Below, piece by piece: positions 27,687 through 40,592 of a stretch of 64,000 nt of DNA; the stretch's first letter is position 1; every line of letters begins with the position of its first letter. The notes under the pieces are model-generated. The model was not told the DNA's origin. It searched no databases and saw nothing but the letters and a program-made list of their open reading frames with translations. The translations under genes and the position numbers were made by a program. This DNA comes from Phaeosaccion multiseriatum (Eukaryota; Protista; Ochrophyta, other classes): NCBI GenBank assembly GCA_965112735.1, contig OZ218954.1, forward strand, positions 744,001-808,000. Direction: 5' to 3'.

Positions 27687-28848
27687 ATGGATGACTTCCT
27701 GTCTCTCCGTGGCCGACGCTCCACTAGTAGGAGGGCGGTGCTGCCCCTTCATAACGGTAGCTATCCTTTGCCCGATCATGATGGAACGGAGGTAACAACA
27801 CCAGAAGCAGCAGCAGCCCCATTCTCACCGCAGAGGCTACCGCCGCTGTCGGCAGCAGAGAGGAAGACGCCAGTACCAGTGGAGGACCGTGGTGACGAGA
27901 AGGAAGCAAGAAGCTTGAGGAGTACTACTTCGACACAGAAATCTATAGTATCGCCAGTACGCCAGCGTGGTCACCTCTTGTACCCTTCTGGCTCCAACAC
28001 TAAAAAGTACGAGTGCAGGGGGGATGACTGTGAAAGAGGAGACGCAACAACAGGTGTTAGTGAAGCCCACAAGCCTGAAGAGGTGAAAAATATCCCCACA
28101 TGGAAGAGTGTGGATGTGAAGGGAGTAGGAGGAGATGGAAGCAGCAAGAAGACACTGCAGTACTGGCTCTGGACCCCAGAGAGGGCATGGAGAACTCTCA
28201 GCATCGCCTTCCTGCTCTGTGTGGGCATCTTGGCTACCCACTTTGTAGCGATGGAGTACGTGAAATCTCTGGAGAGGGAGGAGATGACCGCCTTCAGAGC
28301 CGACGTTGCGTACCTCCGTACCACAGTGTTCAGTCGACTCAAATCTTCAGACGCCGAGACCGAAATCATCCGCGTGGCCTTGCAGACGTGGGGGGGTGAC
28401 GGCAACCTCACTCTGACCCAATTCTCTGACTTGACCGCCCCAGCCACGTCGGAGGGGAAGTCCATCGTCTTTGTGGCGAGAGTAAGTAATCAGGCTCGAT
28501 CTGAGTTCGAAGCAGCTACGTCGGCTTTGTATGGCCAACACATTGACATCAAGGAGGGGTCGCCGGAAGGCCTCGTGGCTCGGGTAAACATCACCGAGGG
28601 GGAGGACTACTGGCCAGTCTTGTACTCTGAACCGCGCAACGATCCCGTAGTGGGCTTCGATCTCTACTCCGAGAGCATCAGAAGAGCAGCCCTTGACCAA
28701 GTTCTTTCCACCGGGAATGTTTCCTATACGAAACCCGTTGCTGCAGCCGACACGGGAGAGACGGCGTTTATCAAAATAATGCCCGTCAGAGGAGGAGGAG
28801 GAGGAGGAGGAGGAGGAGGAGGAGGAGGAGGAGATGACCCGCCACCAC

Positions 28849-28880
<32 letters not shown>

Positions 28881-30875
28881 GGAGCAGCAGCAGCAGCGAA
28901 TGGGCCCTCGACCGATGAAATAGCGGGAGTCGTTGTCGTGTTCGTGAGAGTGGAGCGCGCTCTGGAGCAAGCCTCGTTGCAACACTTCGAGAGGACGTAC
29001 CCGGACACGCAAGTCGATATTGGCTTTCTCGACGGCGATGGTAAGTCAAAGACGAGCTTCCATGGGGTGCCATTTACGGACGATCACTCGGGGTTCTCGG
29101 GTACGGCTCTGTCATCATCGTCTTCGGCTTCGTCCGGGGGAACACTCTTCTATTCGGCGCAAAGTGTCGATCCCGAAACGTCCTTCTATGTGGAGACGGC
29201 CACTGCGCCGCATCGACTGGTGGAGAGAGGGCATTACCCGACTGAGTACATGTATGTCATGTTGGGGGGATGTGCGCTGCTCGCGACGCTCTGCCTTTGG
29301 GAGCGGCACAATTTCTTGCTGCAGGCCGCCATGCGAACGGAAACAACGGCCGCCAGAGAAGCTTCCTTGGCCAAGACGCGCTTTCTCCGATGCATAACGC
29401 ATGAGATTCGCACCCCCATGAACGGCATTGTAGGCATGGCCCAACTACTTGAAGGCATCGACCTTCCCGACGCGGTGCTGCCGTACATCAACGTGATACA
29501 CTCGTGCTCTTCCACCTTGCTCAGCTTGGTGAACAACATTCTCGACATGAGCAAGATCGAGGCGGGCAAGATTGAGATTGGCAAGAGGACGTTTCGCCTC
29601 GACACTCTCGCGGTGGAGATGGTGGAGAACGCATGGACCATCCTTCATACGAGTGGCACCTCTTCGCTCTCCAGCATGAGCCTCACGGTGGGATCGAGTG
29701 TGCCACGGGGTCGCGTGGTTGGCGACGACGTGCGGATACGACAACTGTTTAACAATCTCCTCAGCAACGCCACAAAGTTCACAAGGCACGGCTCCATCGA
29801 CCTCATTCTGGACGCCACACAGACGTGCAACAGTGAGGAGTCAGAGGAGGTGACGGTCGTCCTCACTGTACGCGACACTGGCATCGGGATGGCACCCGAC
29901 GCGGTCGAGCGCCTCTTCAAACCCTTTGTGCAGGTGCACGACAATGCGACCACCAACGTGCAGGGCACTGGCCTGGGGCTGGCCATCTCCGCCGCCCTTG
30001 CTCGGGCCATGGGGGGAGACGTGACCTGCTCGTCAGAGTTGGGCAAAGGGTCGGAGTTTCGCTGCACCTTCAACGTGGAAGGCAAGCTTCGCGAGCCACC
30101 AGTCGCCAGCAGCAGCGTCGAAACCGTGCCAGGGGGAGGAGGCAGCAAAGAGCAGCAGCAGCAGCAGCAGCAGAACGCGAAGGAGGGCACGAAAATAGAC
30201 GGTACCGCCGTTGTTGCAGAAGTGGCCCATCGGCGAGTGTACACGAGAGACAACGGGGTACGAGTGGAAGGAGAGGCACTCATGCACACGAGCACAGGTG
30301 ACACGGGGGGGGGTAGCACAGGGACGAATGGCACTGAGAAGGAAGAGAGTGGCGCTGGGGACGCTCCACGTCCTCCTAGCGTGCTCGTGGTGGACGATAA
30401 CAGGACCAATCGCATGGTGCTGAGCAAGCTGCTGGGCTCGCTGGGTCTGCCCGTGGAGTGTGCGGATACCGGCCTTCAAGCGGTGGAGTCGTGTGGCCTG
30501 CAGCGCTTCTCCATGATCCTGCTGGACAAGGTCATGCCGGTGATGGACGGCATCGACGCCGCTAAAGAGCTGAGAGCTGGCGACGGCCCTTGCAAAGACA
30601 CGCCCATCATCTTCCTCACTGCGGATTGCTCCACCCACGCTATGGAAGAGTGTAGGGAGGCGGGCGGGAACGACTTCGCCACCAAACCGGTGCGGCGGGA
30701 GATCCTCGTCGCGAAGATGGCGGACCTTTTGCAAGCGCCCGAACGCACCTGGCTGTTGGACAGGGAGAGAGAGTTTTGCAAGTCGAGGAAGGAGGTCACC
30801 CACCTGCAAAGAGTGGCGCGGAGGGAGGCGGAGGAGAGGCGGAGATCGAGTCTAGAACAAGACGAGGGCGACTGA
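27687..30875 (+). CDS. Intronless hybrid histidine kinase: TM-CHASE-TM-HisKA-HATPase_c-REC (cytokinin-receptor-like CHK architecture)
   Basis: CHASE signature YWPVLYSEP...VVGFDLYSESIRRAALDQ between two hydrophobic segments; H-box THEIRTPMNG; N-box NLLSNATKFT; G1 VRDTGIGM; F-box LFKPFVQ; G2 GTGLGLAIS; receiver VLVVDDN...ILLDKVMPVMDG...LTA...KP. Confidence 0.95.
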
Positions 30876-31127
30876 GGACAGAGGAAGGGAAGGACTTGCC
30901 CGTCTGAGGAGTCGATGAGGAGGGGGCGATGGGTGGGCCCGCCCCACGACGGGAGAAACAGATGGGAAACGGGGAGAAAACAAGCAGACCCACACCTGCC
31001 GTGTGTGAGTAGCTACTTTACTTTTGTTTGTATACGTTACGTTATTGTCACATCATTACGGTTCTTAATGGATGTTACAAAATACACACACTGATGAGAG
31101 AGAGAGAGAGAGAGAGGTACTCATCAA

Positions 31128-31224
31128 CCCCCCCTGATGCACTATCCGCTATCCGCTATCGCCGGTGCGCTATCCGCTATCGGATAGAGCGCTATCGAGA
31201 ATGTGGGCGATAGTGCATCAGGGG
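31128..31224. mobile_element. Putative ~97 bp MITE related to the 12553-12662 element
   Basis: CCCCTGATGCACTATC ... GATAGTGCATCAGGGG form perfect 16 bp inverted repeats, flanked by TCAA and TTGA, with internal GCTATC subrepeats. Confidence 0.6.
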
Positions 31225-31892
31225 TTGAACATTACACGCAATGTAAAAAGCACTGTAAATAGTATTAATCATTGTTTGGCTGTGTTTGTCACAACGCACC
31301 CGCACCCCCCCCTTGAGGCTATTGCTATCCTCATCCGTACCACTTCGTAGTAAGGCTCTGTCAACCCCCCCCTTCCCCCCGCCTCCTCCACCTCCTCTGC
31401 CCCCACCTCCACGACAGCAGCAAGCACCGCTGCCTCCTCTGCGCGTGCCCCTCGCTCTTTTGTGCCTGCAACTTACGTGCTACGTACGTGCTGTACTTAC
31501 ACCCCCCTTTCTCCTCCTCGTGGACCTTGACACCTTGTGCTTGACATTGTGCTTGACATTGCTTGTTCCCCATCTCCGCCGATACAAAGCCACAGTGGGG
31601 TTGTTGCGCTGTCTGGGCACTGAAGCTCCCTCCGCATGTGGCAACTCGACAAGTTACTTGAAAAACGTCATTGGCCTTCAGTCCCTGTCCACACAACGCC
31701 TGCTCATGCGTCATGTCTGCTTACTGCTGCTGCCATGCTCTCCCGAATCTCCTCCATTTGAGAAGTGGGGGAGAAGCAGAGGTGAGAAAGGAACAGAAGA
31801 GAAGGGGGAGGGGACGGATGTGGTTCGTAAATAACAATTCGTCCGTGGTGCCATCGTCGTGAGCTTTACGAAACGAAATGCGAATTGTACTG

Positions 31893-32273
31893 TGATTTCG
31901 CGGTTGAGTGGCACTTTTGACGCCCAATTACGCCCCATTAATTTTTTTTTACGCCAAATGACGATTTTTTTGACGACGTTTGACGACGTTTGACGACGCT
32001 TTAGCCCCCTATTTGACGCCCTTTGACGCCCTTATCCGTGATTTTTTTTTACGTGATTTTTTTTAGACGAAATGAAGGCGAATTAAGATAAAAGGGCGTC
32101 AAAGTGCGTCAAAGGGCGTCAAAGGGCGTCAAAGGGCGTCAAATAGGGGGCTAAAGCGTCGTCAAACGTCGTCAAACGTCGTCAAAAAAATCGTCATTTG
32201 GCGTAAAAAAAAATTAATGGGGCGTAATTGTATAATAATTGGGCGTCAAAAGTGCCACTCAACCGCGAAATCA
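31893..32273. repeat. ~380 bp foldback (long inverted repeat) with TTTGACGCCC / TTTGACGAC subrepeats
   Basis: 31893-~32031 is the near-perfect reverse complement of ~32123-32273, apart from a small insertion near 32230. The centre is AT-rich. Confidence 0.9.
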
Positions 32274-32317
32274 GCAAAATAAATCGGTAAAAGTAATCTG
32301 GGCAGATTTTGAAAAAG

Positions 32318-33344
32318 ATGTTTAGAGCGGTGCAGCGCGTAGCAGCAGCAGGTGCAGCAGCAGGCGGATTTTGCCTCCTCGCCTCCCCTGTGAAAGCTGC
32401 TGCAGCCAACAAGGTACCTTTGGGAGAACTTCTACTGCTCTTATTCCATCTCTCAATCCCAGCACCCGCCCCCCCCCCCCCCAGGAGCGCGTGGGTGACT
32501 TCCCCACAAGCGGTGTGTTCCTCAAGGTGAGACAAGGCGTGAGAGCGCCTAGTTGCAGCGTGGCGCAGCGGCTCAATCACACCAGAGGGCGGGTGTATAC
32601 TCATATATAACTTGGTGCTTGTCTTGCAGGACCATGTCATCATCGATGCGTACCCTGACCCAAAGGTAAGCGCCGGTTCCGTGTAGGTATAGGAAACCCT
32701 CACTTTCTTGTGTACGCATCCTCCTCCTCCTCTGCTGGCCCGCAGCCTTTGTGACCTTGTATTGGTGCTCTTCTTCTTTTCTTTTACTGTATGAAGGTTG
32801 AAGGGGTGGTGGTTCACGTGAGCACCGTCAGCGATGCGAGGATGAAGCTTAAGATGTTTTTCACCGATCCAGCGTCCAGTTCCATCACCGTCTCCCAGGT
32901 ATGTGAGCCGGCCGATGGCAGACGAAGGCAGTGAGACGGTCGATGACCGCCATAGACCTGTGAGCCGGGTGATGGCAAATGAAGGCGGTGAAATCGGCCG
33001 TCAGAGGCCTTTCCTCCCGTCCCCTCTATGCAGGCTGAAGATTGGCAGACCCGGAGGGAAAGGGGAAGTGTCGACCCGCTATCCCAACCCGCTGTCAACT
33101 ATCAACCCCAGAAGGTCACTTTCCATCCACTTTCCACCCACATCACTGGCGGTCCATTGCACAGGTTGGTCCTTTGAGCTTCAAGGCCCCCATTGACCTC
33201 AGCCAGAAGGGGGAGCTAGTGCTCAGCGAGAGCAAGAATTACCTCTTCAAGAGCACCAAGTGCAGACGGCTATACGACGAAACCAACAAGTGAGGAGAGA
33301 GGGGGGGAGATCAAAGGCGGTGGGCGTGAAGGTTATGAAGAGGC

Positions 33345-33386
<42 letters not shown>

Positions 33387-34063
33387 AAATGAAGAGAGGG
33401 GGGGACAGTGAGGGAGAGAAAGAAAGGAAGGGGGAGACAGAGAGAGGGAGAGAGGCGGGGCCGGTCCCGACTTGGGACTGGGGGCGCCCTCTCACGTCCC
33501 TTCTCTTCTTTTATTACAATGTACAATGGTACCTGATGCCCATTCCCCCCTCCCCCTTGCCCTCTCTTTAAACCTCGTGTATGCACAACAACCACAAGCT
33601 GTTTGGTGTATGTTTCATATTCACAAGACCTCCGCTCTGACGACCGAGAAACTCTAAAGAGTGACAAATATCGGGTACGTGGGTGCGTGCGTGCCTTCTT
33701 GGTAGTGCTTGGGAGATTTATCTCATTGTATCTTTAGTGCTCACAGTAGCTTATGCTCTTACAAATGCTTTATGCGCTACCCTGCTTTTCTTTTCTTTTT
33801 TAAAATTAATTAAAACTAATTCACCTGATTTATACATTCATGTACTGAAATAACATGAAATGGAGGTGTGTAGCTGCTCCCCTCCCTCGACTCTTTCCAT
33901 ACTTCCACTACTGTTATAATTGTATTCACTAGCTCGTCCCTCCCCACTCCCCCCGCCCCCCGCCTCGCCCTTCACTCCCCACTCTGACCCCTCTCCCCTT
34001 CTTTCACAGACGTCCATTTCATCCGTTCCCTTGGGAGACGTCAAGCCTCCTGACGTGGAGTAG
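32318..34063 (+). CDS. creA: CreA-family protein with N-terminal targeting-like presequence; 7 exons
   Basis: Spliced: ERVGDFPTSGVFLK|DHVIIDAYPDPK|VEGVVVHVS...FTDPASSSITVSQ|VGPL...GELVLSESKNYLFKSTKCRRLYD...N|CLVYVSYS...|TSISSVPL. This matches the bacterial CreA pattern (DH.IVVEAFDDP.V...QVGP...FKS..V.R.YD...L.Y.AYS...ISAVP). Confidence 0.85.
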
Positions 34064-34546
34064 CGGACCTTCTCTGCTCTCACTCTCTCTTGGCTTGGCT
34101 TGGCTTGGCTTGGCTTGGCTTGGCTTGGCTTGGCTTGGCTTGACTTGGCTTGGCTTGGCTTGGCTTGGCTTGGCTATGACTTTAGCTTTGGCTCTGGCGC
34201 CGCTCTCCCCCGTGCCATTCGCCGAAGCCCCGCGACAGTGCCGGGCCGTGCCATACAGGTGTGGTAGGCTTAGCACACACTCACATTCCTTTAGGCTAGC
34301 ACACACTCACATTCCTTTCCCCCATCGCCCTTCCTTTGCCAGCCCCGGCCCCGACCCCGGCCCCGACCCCTTTCCCCTCTGCGTAGTGCAGCTCCGTCTC
34401 TGCTCTCTTGTGTATCCTGTAAGTTGGTGTGTGTGCGTGTGCGTGTGCGCGTGTGATAACGTGATATTCCGTGTGGTGCCATCCGGCTTCAGACCAGCTG
34501 CGGTTTTGTAACGTGTTGAGAGGGCGAGTGGAAAGGCGGCCGGGCG

Positions 34547-34577
<31 letters not shown>

Positions 34578-34995
34578 AGACACAGAGAGCGAGCGCCAGA
34601 GGGGAAGGGAGAGGGCGACAAACAAGACTTTGATCAGTTTCAGAGGGAGGGAGGACGAGGCCACGGAGACCGAGTGGTCCACGCACTTCAGCACAGCGAG
34701 GATGCGGAAACGTCACCCGCAGGGCCGCGAAAGTCTAACCGTTACGGTCGTCGTGAGGGAGCAAGTGAGAATGAGCGTGAGTGCTGTTTGCGCTCTCTCC
34801 CTGCCCACTCCACAAAGAGAGCGTTTGTGTTGCTCTGTCCGCTCTCTGCGAGCGAACGAAACTGATCTCCCCTCCGTTTGTCGGGCGTAGTTGAGTAGGT
34901 AGGTAGAGAAAGCGTTTGCGGCTGCTGATCAACCAAGCAAACACAGTTTCATTTCTCCAACGGAGTGCCTCTCTCTCCCTCTCTCTCGCTCTCTC

Positions 34996-36390
34996 TCATC
35001 TCTTCCTATTCCCAGTCAGACTTACCGCGGCAGTGTAGAGGAGGTGACCCGCGCAGCCCAACCCGACGGCAAAGGCCAGAGTGCGCCCCACAGACTTCTT
35101 GGGCGTGTCCCCAAAGGCGTAGAGGGGGATGTAGAGTGCTCTGAAGTGTCGTGTCGTGTGTCGTGAGAAGGTAGGACAGGAGAATACGGGGAGAAGAGGG
35201 AAGGAGAAAAGGATGGATAGGACGAAAGGACAAGGACAAGGGAGATGAGTGTGACAAACCAACAACGTGAGAGGTACGCGTGTAATGTGCAAGGGACAAG
35301 GGGCAAGGGTTGGGCCTCCACCACTCCGCTGATGATGATGATGATGATGAAAATGATGTGAGACTGAAGGACACGACTCCCTCCCTCCCTCCCTTCATCC
35401 ATGCATCCATCCATCCCTTTCTGCCTCCCACCCCACTTCCCTCCACTCCTTCCCTCCATCCCTGCCTCCTTTCCTCCCTCCCTTCTCCCCTCTCTCCTTC
35501 CCTCCTTCACTCGTGCCCATCTGACCTGGCAAGGATGAATAGCTTAGCGTGGTTGTTGATGCTGTCCTCGCTCACGCCCTTCTGCATAGCGAAGAGCAGC
35601 GCCGCTGCCCAAATGACCAGCGCCTCCAGACCATTGGCGTGCGCCGCGCCGAGCCTGCGAATGATGCCTTTGTCGTCAACCATGGCAGTGGCCTTGGAAG
35701 TCCACGCCTCGCGTGGGTTCTATGAACATGTGTGAACAGCATGATATGGGACAGTGGGTCGGTGATGATGAGTTGTTGTGTGGGGGCAAGGCAGGCCACA
35801 AGACATGAGATGAAGAGCGACAGACGGGGAGATTGGCACCACCCGTCTGTCGCGAAGACCAAGACTGTAGTAGTAGAGAAATCATCGCTTTCTCACCGCG
35901 TTGTCGAACTTTCCCTCGGTCCGCAGCTGCACCATTCCAAACGCAATGAAGCTGAGAAGGGAACGATGGGGAAAGGGGGAGAGAGGGAGCAGACAGGAGA
36001 GAGGGAAGACAGGAGAGAAGGCAGACAGGAGAGGGCAAACAGCGCTATTAGGGGGGCGAGCCGCGGGCGGGCAGTTGAAGGGGGAGATTTATGGGAGAAG
36101 GATTCCGCGTCGTTGGGGGAGGGCTACAGAGACCACCCCAGTTCAAGAGAAAGGCCTACTAGCTAAAAGCCGAGAGAGAGAGTTTGTCGAGGTGAGGAGG
36201 AAGCGGGGAGAGGCAGCCAGCGGGGGGGGGTGGCAATGCCAAAGGGGGGGGGCTTCCCCAACACTTTTAAGGCTTACCGCGGAGCCAGAAACAGCACGAC
36301 CATCATCAGGATGGAGATATCTCCGAAGCTGGCATCGCAGATGCACTTGCTGGCCTGCTCTACGACCTCCTCAACGACTTTCTTTCCCAT
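34996..36390 (-). CDS. MAPEG-superfamily membrane protein; exons ~36390-36278, 35951-35897, 35719-35526, 35140-35026 (3' end uncertain)
   Basis: FDNA|NPR...IIRRLGAAHANGLEAL...LFILAR|ALYIPLY...RTLAF matches the MAPEG R...AH.N..E and AR..Y...Y motifs. Junctions are in phase. Confidence 0.85.
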
Positions 36391-36753
36391 TGTTTTTTTT
36401 TCTATTTACTTTTTCAACCAAAATCTTTCCCAAACCAGAATGAATGTGCCGAGAAGGGGAGGCCGTGGGGTGCCATCCCTCAATGCCATATTCTCCGAAC
36501 GCCGTTCTGTGCGTGGGCAGGGTCAATGTTGTATTCCGCCTTTCATGAAGAGCAGACCGTGACAGCTTGTGGTTTTTCGCTGTGCTGGTTGCTGGCCATA
36601 CTCTTGACCGAATTATAGTCAGCACAACAGCCTGGGTTTGAGGAGGAGCGAGAGGAAGGAACCAACGCCCGGAAAGGAATTTCGGGGGGAAGGCCCCCAA
36701 AAGCAAACGCCTTGCCGCGTGTGCAGTTCTATTCCCAAGCTTTGGCTCTGAGC

Positions 36754-38892
36754 ATGGGAGAATCCCCGCGGGGGAAAGGAGGTACTCCTGACCGTGGTAA
36801 TCGAGGAGGAGCAGGAGGAAGAGGAGGAGGAGGAGGAGGAGCAGGAGGAGCAGGAGCAGGGGGGAGCTTAGCATCCACAGCACCCGTATGTGTGCGCACT
36901 CCACCGAGAATGGGAAGGACTCCACCTCCATCATCATCATCTTCCTCCTCTCCTTTGGTTGCTTCCTCCCCTCCTCCAGCCTCCTCCAGTAGGTTCGCGA
37001 GGACGCGGGTCGCGCTCAAAAGAGGCTCTCCACCAGGGGCCAACAGCAGGACCATGCCTGTGTCCCCCGCGAGGCCTGACTTTAGCGCCACCACTCCGCT
37101 CAAGCCAAAGCCTAGCTTCAACGGCTCGAGCACTGCCCCCGCTGGACTGACGGGCGGCAGGCAACGCAGGTTTAGCAACGGGAGCAGTGACAAGGGTAGT
37201 CATGGGGGAGGGGAGGGAGAGAGGAAGAGAAAGCGGAAGCATATCGAGGTGTGCGTCCGCATTCGACCTGCCAACGTGCGCGAGTACGTGCATTGTAAGC
37301 GTCTAGCCTGGAGGTGGGATGGAAACACCATATACGACGACCCCCTTGGGGAGGAGCAGCAGCAGCAGCAGGACCGAGGCGAGGTAGAGCAGGGCGAGGA
37401 CGAGGAGGAGGAGGAGGCGGAAGAGGAGGAGGAGGAGGGGAGGGGGGGGGGGGGGGGAGAGAAAGAGGACAATGAGGGGGGGAAGGAGGAAGAGGGGGAG
37501 CGGCATAGCGAGAAAGAGCCGCCGGGTGAGGCCTCTCACGGTCACATCCGACGAACGAGTAGTGGCGCGAAAAGCACAGGAGGGTCGGGCAGATGGGGCG
37601 GAGCCATCCTCTCCACCTCCACCCCCTCGAAAAGTCCGCTGAAGGGCCTTGTCACACCTCAAACGGGCCGCTTTCATCGACGAGGTAGCTACGGAAGCAA
37701 CGCCAGCAGCTTCGATAGTCGTTTGGGAGGAGCAGGAACTACAACACCGCTGTCTGCCACCAGCACCGGCAGTACCGCCAGTGCTTCTCCGGCGGGGAGC
37801 GCGCATAACAATCATCGCTACGCCTTTGACAACCTCTATCCTCCAGGTAGGTGGGCAGCGGATGGTAGGGGATGGCAGTGGATGGTAGGGGATGGCAGTG
37901 GTTGGTAAGGGATGGCAGGGGTGTATCTCCACGATCGGGTGTGGTTCTGCACCTGACCGTGGTTGTGGTTGCTTGATGTTAGCTTTGTGGAGGAGATTTC
38001 ATCTCACCTCGCTCGTCACCTAGACAGACAAACACAGACAGACAGAAAGTCAGAGAGACGAAGGACGTGGGGCAGACAGCCCCGCCCGTTCGCACATAGG
38101 TCTGTTCTCTATTCTCACTCCTTTGTCTGCCCTACCTACTTGCACCACCGCCGCACCGCCGCACCGCCACCTTGCTTCTCTCTCTGTTCCTCCCCCTCTC
38201 TCTTCCTCTGTGTGTGTTTTCTCCCCCCCCCCCTCTCTCTCCGTCTCTCTGTCTGTCTCCCTCTGCCTCCCTTCCAGAAACCACAACGGAAGAGATTTAC
38301 CACACCACAGTCAAGCCGATTGTGGAGAGCGCCATGGAGGGTTTCCACGCCAGCGTGTTCGCCTACGGAATGACGAGCACGGGCAAGACGCACACCATGC
38401 AGGTACGTCACGTTCATATTTTCCTTCTTTCTGTACTTCGTAGTACTTGTGGAGAGAGAGAGGGGGGGGGGGGGATGAGGAGAGAGAGCGAGACAAGAGA
38501 GACGGACCTCGCTCCCACTCCTCATTTCCCCCTTCTGTCCGTCCCTCCCTCCCTTTCCCCCTCTCCTTTCTCCTCTGTGGTTGTGGTTTTGTGTTCCATG
38601 ACACCTTCCACTGCCATCCCACCCCATCCCACCCCACCCCTCTGCAGGGTACGGAGGAGCAGCCAGGCATCATTCCGATGGCAGTAGAAGAGTGCTTCGC
38701 GGCCGTGGCGATGGCAGCAGATGACACGGAGTTCCTATTCCGCGTGTCCTACCTGGAGATCTACAACGAGCAAATCAACGACCTCCTGTGCCTTCAGAGC
38801 ACAAGCATACGCATCCTCAGCGACCCCAAGCAGGTACGTACGTATTACGTATGCATACATGTGTTGTGTGTGTGTGTGTGTGTGTGTGCGCA

Positions 38893-38926
<34 letters not shown>

Positions 38927-40524
38927 CATGTGTGTGTGTGTGTGTGAGTGTATGTGTGTGTGTGTGTATGTTGTGTGTGCACATGCCTTTCACTGCTGTG
39001 CAAAATCCCCGTATGCCCGTATGCCCCGGGGGGGGGGGGAGTTCAGCTGTGCTGCTGTCTTGAATACACGCCTCTCTCACTCTCACGTGTACTTTGCTTT
39101 GACCACCTGTCTCTCTGTCTTTCGCTCTCCCCTGTCCATCTGTCCCTCTCTTGTCTCTTCTCCCTCTCTCTCGGTCTCTTTTCCTTTCTCTCTCTCTCTT
39201 CCCTCCCTCTCCATCTTTTTCCATCTCTTCCCCTCCCCCCTCTCAGGGTGTTGTGGTTCGGGGTGCCAAGGAAGAGGTCGTCATCAGCCCCGATCAGGTA
39301 CGGCCAAAGGGCCAGAGCCAACTCACTCACTGTTCTATGGGAATACTACTGTAACCCTATACCCTATACCCCATACCCCACACCCTATACCCGATACCCT
39401 ATACCCCATACCCTGTACCCTATACCCTATACCCTATACCCTACACCCTTTACCCTATACCCCATATCCTACACCCTATACTCTATACCCTTTACCCTAT
39501 ACCCTATACCCTACACCCCACACCCTATACCCTATACCCCACACCGATGCCCCTGTGTGTGCGAGTGCAGGTGTACGCTCTCATCACGATGGGAGAGACG
39601 CAGCGCCATGTGGGGTCAACGGATGCAAACGCCACCTCTTCAAGAAGGTAGGGCAGGCAAGCATATGGGCATAGACAGAAAGGAGACGGGTAGACGTAAA
39701 GGGCAGGCGTTGGGCAGGCACAGGAGTGGGCAGGTATAGACGCAAACAGGCATGGAGGCAGGTACTGAGGCTAGGCTTCTCTTCACTTTACCCACCATCC
39801 CCTCTTCATTCGTGATTGATCATTGACCTCCCTCCCTCCCTGCCTCCCTCCCTACCTATTCGTCTTCAGCCACACTATCTTCCGGATGGTGATCGAATCC
39901 CGCAAGAAGGATTCCTCCTCCCCCTCCCCCTCCCCCTCCTCCTCCTCCTCCTTGGCCAAGAAGCCAGCAGCCCACGCCACAGTCAGTACGCTGAACCTTG
40001 TCGACCTCGCAGGCTCCGAGAGTGCTCGCCTCGCCAATACAGCGGGGGAGAGGCAGAGAGAGGGAAGCTTCATCAACAAGAGCCTCCTGACGCTGAGTGA
40101 GTATCACAGTATCACATTGTGTGCCCAACATGGGCTGCTGATGTTTTGGGTGGGGTGGGTGTGTGCGGTGGGTGGAGGGGTGGAGGAGTGGGTGCATGGG
40201 TGGGTAGGGTGGGTGGGTGGGTGGGTGGGTTATGATAGTCCTGCCCCCACGGTGCTTGCCCTGGCGCCGCTCTTTTCTTTGCCCTTCTCGCCCCTCTTGA
40301 GCCATTCGTTGACTTATTTACTCTGCTCCTCTCCCTACGCACACACGCACGCACACGCACTCGCAGGCCACATCATTTACAAGCTCACAGAGGAGAAGAC
40401 TACCTCTCAGAGCACGCACATCCCATACAGGCAAGTTCCAGTGTCAGTTTGCTAGACCCCCCCCCCCCCCCCAAGATTTACACACACTGATTTACACACA
40501 CTCTCTCTCACACACACTCACACA

Positions 40525-40555
<31 letters not shown>

Positions 40556-40556
40556 G

Positions 40557-40592
<36 letters not shown>

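Noticed and set aside
31286-31862. ORFs between the histidine kinase and the foldback element
   Set aside because: No motifs or consistent splice structure found.
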